DNA of 63,164 nucleotides, filler included, from Candidatus Fermentibacterota bacterium (lineage in GTDB: Bacteria; JAFGKV01), in assembly GCA_016928395.1 (NCBI GenBank). It is 7 parts of 7 records of this genome, joined end to end, with 100 filler letters (N's around TTAATTAATTAA, not from the genome) between each part and the next. Parts side by side here need not be neighbours in the genome. Positions count along the whole stretch, not along the records: positions 48,089 to 63,164 come from JAFGKV010000148.1; 6 more parts are not named here. One strand, given 5' to 3'. Shown here piece by piece: positions 58,766 through 63,164 of the stretch. The position numbers were made by a program, and so were the translations under genes. Within the stretch, counting starts at the first letter, position 1, and each line of letters opens with the position of its first letter. The notes beneath the pieces were generated by a model, which was given only the letters and a program-made list of their open reading frames with translations, made no database searches and was not told the origin of the DNA.

Positions 58766-59302
58766 ATGCGAACGGTCAACCTCATCAATACGGGCGGCAC
58801 CATCGAGAAGGCCTACCAGGAGACCGATGGGAGCCTGTTGAATCTGGATGCCCGCCTGGATTCCTTTCTCCGCCGCATCCGCCTCCCCGACGTACGGTTG
58901 CGCACGACGCGGCTCATGAATGTCGACAGCCTCCAGATGGGCCAGGAGGATCGGGACTTGGTGGCCCACACCGTGGCGGTGAAACAGAGGGAAGGCTATC
59001 CCATCGTCGTCACCCACGGTACGGATACCATGGTGGAAACGGGTAAGGCCATCAAGGCGGCTCTGGCCGACCCGACGGTCGCCGTGATCATGACGGGCGC
59101 CATGGTGCCGCTGGGGTTTGAGAACTCCGACGGTCTCCAGAATCTGGCGGAGGCGATCTTCGCGACGCTGTTCTTGCCTCCTGGGGTGTGGGTCGTCATG
59201 CACGGGCAGGTCTTTCCCGTGGACAATGCCCGCAAGAACCGCGAGCGTGGAACGTTCGAAGTACTGGATCCGCAACTTCCCTCGACACCCCTGTGCCGAT
59301 AG
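58766..59302 (+). CDS. Short asparaginase-domain protein
   Basis: TGGTIEK, DSL, HGTDTM and TGAM.P motifs. N-terminal domain only. Confidence 0.88.
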   Translation: MRTVNLINTGGTIEKAYQETDGSLLNLDARLDSFLRRIRLPDVRLRTTRLMNVDSLQMGQEDRDLVAHTVAVKQREGYPIVVTHGTDTMVETGKAIKAALADPTVAVIMTGAMVPLGFENSDGLQNLAEAIFATLFLPPGVWVVMHGQVFPVDNARKNRERGTFEVLDPQLPSTPLCR

Positions 59303-61686
59303 CGTCGCCGGAAGGGCTCTGCGGTGATACGCTGGCCCGCTGGCTGGGCGATCACCTTCTGCCGCTGGTGCAAAAGCCGGGGCGATACTGTGGAGGGGAG
59401 TGGGGCGTTACCCGACGGGATTGCCTGCCCCACGGTGGCAGCGCCCTGCTGGCCTTCCCCGATGTCTATGAGATAGGGGCCGGTCATGTGGGGGTGGCTC
59501 TCCTGAAGGACGCCATCGAAGCTCACCCGGGGATGGCGGCCGAACGAGCGTTCTGCCCATGGCCGGATATGGAACACCTCATGCGGCGCCACGGCGTCGA
59601 ACTATACTCCATCGAATCATTCCTGCCTGCGCGGCTGTTCGATGTGCTGGGTATCACCATACAGCACGAAATGTCGTTCACCAACATCCTCACCCTCATT
59701 GATCTGGCCCGCATCCCGCTGAGGCAGGCCGAGAGGGCCGCTACAGATGCGTACGTGGTCGGGGGCGGTCCGGGAACCTGCAATCCTGAACCCATGGCCG
59801 ATTTCTTCGACCTCTTCATCATAGGCGATGGCGAGGAGGTCTTTCCAGGGGTTGTCGCTCTGCTGGCTGAGGGCCGGCATCGCCGCCGGCCACGGAACGA
59901 GGTATTGCGGCAGGTCGCCGACGTGCCGGGGGTCTATGTGCCCAGCCTCTACCGGGTTGACGAACGTGAGCCGAGGGGCACACCAGTCCCCGTGGATTTT
60001 GCTCCGCCCTCCATCAGTGCCGCTCGAGTGCAGGCGCTTCGGTCAGACTACCCTGCGCCACCGGTCCCTCTGATCGCATCGACCCAGGATCGGCCCGCGG
60101 TGGAGATTATGAGGGGATGCCCACGGCACTGCCGCTTCTGCCAGGCCAGGAAATACTATGGTCCACCACGGCTGCGGTCTCCCGACGAAATCGTGCATCA
60201 GGCCGTCGAGGCGACCGCCGCAACGGGGTGGAATGAGGTGTCTCTGCTCTCCCTCTCCACCGGTGACTACCCCCGGCTGGCCGACCTGGCGGAGACCTTG
60301 AATCGGTATCTGCTGCCCCGCCGCATCGGAATGTCACTTCCCTCGCTCCGCGCCGAAAGTTTCACCGAAGATGTGTGTAGAGAGCTGGCCAGAAGTCACC
60401 AGCGCGGGCTCACCTTGGCGCCCGAGGCCGGTACCGAGCGACTCAGGGCTCATGTCGGCAAGACCCTCACCGACGATGATCTTCTCCGAGCCGTGGAACT
60501 GGCCTACTCGCACGGATGGACCAATGTCAAGCTGTACTTCATGGTGGGCCTTCCCGGGGAGACCGAGGAAGACGTCGAGGCCATCGGACGCCTGGTGCGG
60601 CGCGTCGTCGACTCCGCGCGGCGTCACGGCGGTCGCCGTCTCGGGGTGAGCTGCGCTCCCTTCGTCCCCAAACCCCAGACAGAGTTCCAGCGGGAAGCGT
60701 GTGTCGCCCCGGATATCATCGCAGACAGGCAGCGACGGGTTAGATCGCTGATGCCGCGCAAGATTGTCGACTATTCGTGGAGGGATCCGAGGATATCCCG
60801 ATGGGAGACCGTGTTCGCCCGGGGTGATAGGCGCCTTGGATCGGTGGTGATGGATACGTGGCGCCGGGGCGCGCGATTTGACGAATGGGAGAGCAGTTTC
60901 CAGGCGGATCTGTGGAGTGAGTCGGCCCGAAGCCTCGATCTCGATGCCCTCACCCGAGAGATCCATCCCGACCAGCCTCTCCCTTGGTCGCATATCCGTT
61001 TCGACGGCGAGCCACCACGGCGTGTGGCCCTGCGGCATCAGGAAGAACTGCCCGTGAGTGCCCTGTGCGTGGGGATTGAAGGACCGGCTCCCGGTCTTCA
61101 CCGGATGCGGGTCGCATACCGCAAAGATGGGCTGCGGCGGTTCCTGTCGCACCTTGACATGGCTAGAATCTGGCATCTGATACTGAGGCGGGCAGATGCG
61201 CACCTGGCATACTCGACGGGTATGGTCCCCCGTCCGAGGCTGGCCTTCGGCCCCGCGCTTCCGTTGGGAATACCCAGTGATGGAGAGTTGATGGAATTCT
61301 GGACCGAACGAGCCGATCCTACGATGTTGTTGACGCATATGGCCGCGCAGTGCCCGGAGGGCATCGAGATCATCTCTCTTCGAGAGGTTTCGCCGGGTGC
61401 ACCGTCACTGGATAGCGACATCGCCATCGCAGACTATGAGGTGCGTGGTACGGGGGGGAGGCCTGAACCAGACGCGGTGCCTCCCGGTGTCATGGGACTC
61501 GTTGTGGCCGAAGGTATGCTACGGTTCTCCATTCATCTGAAGACCAAGGGTGCCCCAAAACCCCGGGACCTAGCGGCACACCTATGCGGCGTTGCGGGAG
61601 ATGAATCCCTGTTGCTCTCCATCAGACGGACGGCTCTGTGGGCCCTGCGAGATGGCGTGCGGGTTTCGCCCATGGAAGACGCGTAG
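59293..61686 (+). CDS. TIGR03960-type radical SAM protein fused to a TIGR03936/DUF2344 domain
   Basis: VQKPGRY.GGE, FPDVYEIG, NPEPMADF, RGCPRHCRFC, APEAGTERLR and KLYFMVGLP motifs. C-terminal RFLSHLD...PRPRLAFGPALPLG. Start uncertain. Confidence 0.9.
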   Translation: MPIASPEGLCGDTLARWLGDHLLPLVQKPGRYCGGEWGVTRRDCLPHGGSALLAFPDVYEIGAGHVGVALLKDAIEAHPGMAAERAFCPWPDMEHLMRRHGVELYSIESFLPARLFDVLGITIQHEMSFTNILTLIDLARIPLRQAERAATDAYVVGGGPGTCNPEPMADFFDLFIIGDGEEVFPGVVALLAEGRHRRRPRNEVLRQVADVPGVYVPSLYRVDEREPRGTPVPVDFAPPSISAARVQALRSDYPAPPVPLIASTQDRPAVEIMRGCPRHCRFCQARKYYGPPRLRSPDEIVHQAVEATAATGWNEVSLLSLSTGDYPRLADLAETLNRYLLPRRIGMSLPSLRAESFTEDVCRELARSHQRGLTLAPEAGTERLRAHVGKTLTDDDLLRAVELAYSHGWTNVKLYFMVGLPGETEEDVEAIGRLVRRVVDSARRHGGRRLGVSCAPFVPKPQTEFQREACVAPDIIADRQRRVRSLMPRKIVDYSWRDPRISRWETVFARGDRRLGSVVMDTWRRGARFDEWESSFQADLWSESARSLDLDALTREIHPDQPLPWSHIRFDGEPPRRVALRHQEELPVSALCVGIEGPAPGLHRMRVAYRKDGLRRFLSHLDMARIWHLILRRADAHLAYSTGMVPRPRLAFGPALPLGIPSDGELMEFWTERADPTMLLTHMAAQCPEGIEIISLREVSPGAPSLDSDIAIADYEVRGTGGRPEPDAVPPGVMGLVVAEGMLRFSIHLKTKGAPKPRDLAAHLCGVAGDESLLLSIRRTALWALRDGVRVSPMEDA

Positions 61687-63140
61687 TGCGTACCGAAGTC
61701 TTCATCAACGCAGACCCTCGGGAGACGCGGGTCGCGGTTCTGGAAGACGGAAAGCTGGTTGAGCTGTGGGTGGAGCGGGCGGACAACCTGCGCATGATGG
61801 GTGACATCTATGTGGGTGCCGTGCAGTCGGTGCTGCCCGGTATGCAGGCGGCGTTTGTAGACCTGGGCCATGAACGGGCGGGGTTCCTTCACGTCTCAGA
61901 CATGACCCTCCGCCCGCCGGAAGGCGAGACGGCGCCGGTAACCTGCACCGCCATAGGTGACCTTCTCAAGGAAGGCCAGCGGATCCTCGTGCAAGTGGTG
62001 AAGGAACCCACCGGCACCAAGGGGCCGCGCCTCAGTACGATGATCTCCCTTCCGGGACGGTATGCGGTGTTGATTCCCCAGGGAGCATCAGTAGGCATCT
62101 CTCGTCGTATCGCAGATGGCACCGAGCGGGAGCGGCTTCGCTCCATCGGCGCCGAGGTGGTCCCCCCCGACATGGGGCTCATCCTCCGCACCATGGCCCA
62201 GGGCGTCGAGTCCCATGTCTTGGCGGAGGACGTCAAGAATCTCGTGCGGAAGTGGTCCGGTATCTCCCGCCGCGCGGCGGAAGTTCGGGGCCCGATGCTT
62301 CTCCACCGGGAGGATGGGGTCGGAATGTCGGCCGTGAGAGATACGTTCGGTGCCGATGTCGACCGACTGGTCGTGGACGATCGCACCCTCTATCGCGCCA
62401 TTGTGAGGAGCCTGGAGGGGGCCTCCACGACACTGAGAGACAGAGTTGAGCTATATGAGCACGACGTGCCGGTGTTTGAGTATTTTGGTGTTGAACGCGA
62501 GCTGCAGGAGCTGATCAGCCGCCGAGTCACTTTGCCCAAGGGAGGATCCTTGGTCATCGAGCAGACCGAAGCCCTTGTGGTAGTGGACGTAAATACGGGG
62601 CGTTATGCGGGGGGTCGAGACCTGGAGGAGACGGTATTCAACACCAATATGGAGGCCGCCGACGAGATCGCCCGACAACTGCGGCTGCGCGATCTTGGGG
62701 GCATCATCGTTATCGATTTCATCGATATGGAGGATCTGAGCCATCGCGAGCAACTGGTGGGGAGGCTCCAAGCGGCGTTGACCAGGGATCGTGCGCACAC
62801 CCGGGTTTTGCCGGTGAGCGAACTTGGAGTCGTGGAGATGACGCGGGAGCGTATCAGGCCCAGTCATGCGGACACGATGATGGAGCCCTGCCCCGCGTGC
62901 GATGGGACGGGCCGCGTCATGTCGCTGCTTTCCTCGGCCCTTGACCTGGATCGCCGGCTACGATCCATTATGGCGGCCGGCGATGCGGAGCGAGTGTGCA
63001 TCGAAGTAAGTGGGATGCTGAATGAGTATCTCGCCGCACAGTGGGGCGAGCGCTGGGAGCAGACGAAACGGGAGTGCACGGTGGTAGTCGGCGACAGCAC
63101 GGCGGGCTATCCCAAAGAACCGTTTCGAGTGATTACGTAG
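61686..63140 (+). CDS. rng: Ribonuclease G/E family protein
   Basis: GDIY.G.V..VLPGMQAAFVD.G, QVVKEP.GTKGPRL, DVNTG, ARQLRLRDLGGII.IDFIDM and CPACDGTG motifs. Confidence 0.93.
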   Translation: MRTEVFINADPRETRVAVLEDGKLVELWVERADNLRMMGDIYVGAVQSVLPGMQAAFVDLGHERAGFLHVSDMTLRPPEGETAPVTCTAIGDLLKEGQRILVQVVKEPTGTKGPRLSTMISLPGRYAVLIPQGASVGISRRIADGTERERLRSIGAEVVPPDMGLILRTMAQGVESHVLAEDVKNLVRKWSGISRRAAEVRGPMLLHREDGVGMSAVRDTFGADVDRLVVDDRTLYRAIVRSLEGASTTLRDRVELYEHDVPVFEYFGVERELQELISRRVTLPKGGSLVIEQTEALVVVDVNTGRYAGGRDLEETVFNTNMEAADEIARQLRLRDLGGIIVIDFIDMEDLSHREQLVGRLQAALTRDRAHTRVLPVSELGVVEMTRERIRPSHADTMMEPCPACDGTGRVMSLLSSALDLDRRLRSIMAAGDAERVCIEVSGMLNEYLAAQWGERWEQTKRECTVVVGDSTAGYPKEPFRVIT

Positions 63141-63164
63141 CTGCGGGAGACAGGAGTGAGGAGA

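Overview
GC-rich bacterial draft genome or MAG sequence. The window holds seven unrelated contigs joined by 100-bp artificial linkers (N44-TTAATTAATTAA-N44), so gene neighbourhood is only meaningful within a contig: 1-6488, 6589-11887, 11988-18286, 18387-23717, 23818-42440, 42541-47988 and 48089-63164. Housekeeping genes: a CcsBA-type cytochrome c biogenesis fusion, glucokinase, smpB-amidase-GerMN-rph-rdgB, mnmA, an EF-G paralogue, tRNA-Leu(CAA), a TIGR03960/TIGR03936 radical SAM fusion and RNase G/E. There are many secreted FG-GAP, FlgD-Ig and alpha-2-macroglobulin proteins and several GT-C glycosyltransferases. The C-terminal tags (FlgD-Ig, 'SWGRIKA') suggest an FCB-related candidate phylum; this is inference only. 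Most notable observations: (1) a membrane protein joining a cytoplasmic Lon-type Ser-Lys protease domain to an external FG-GAP propeller, followed by a tandem paralogue; (2) a five-gene locus of ECF sigma (split region 4), soluble zinc anti-sigma, transglutaminase-like/Clp-N fusion, membrane protein and kinase-STAND-TPR; (3) a toxin-antitoxin island whose HEPN-MNT pair sits between two ~400-bp GTAG-REP mosaic arrays, next to an unassembled repeat element; (4) a shared ~100-aa C-terminal domain ending in S-x-x-[VA]-G-E-[FH] on three unrelated secreted proteins. All family calls come from motif recognition by eye; no database searches were run.
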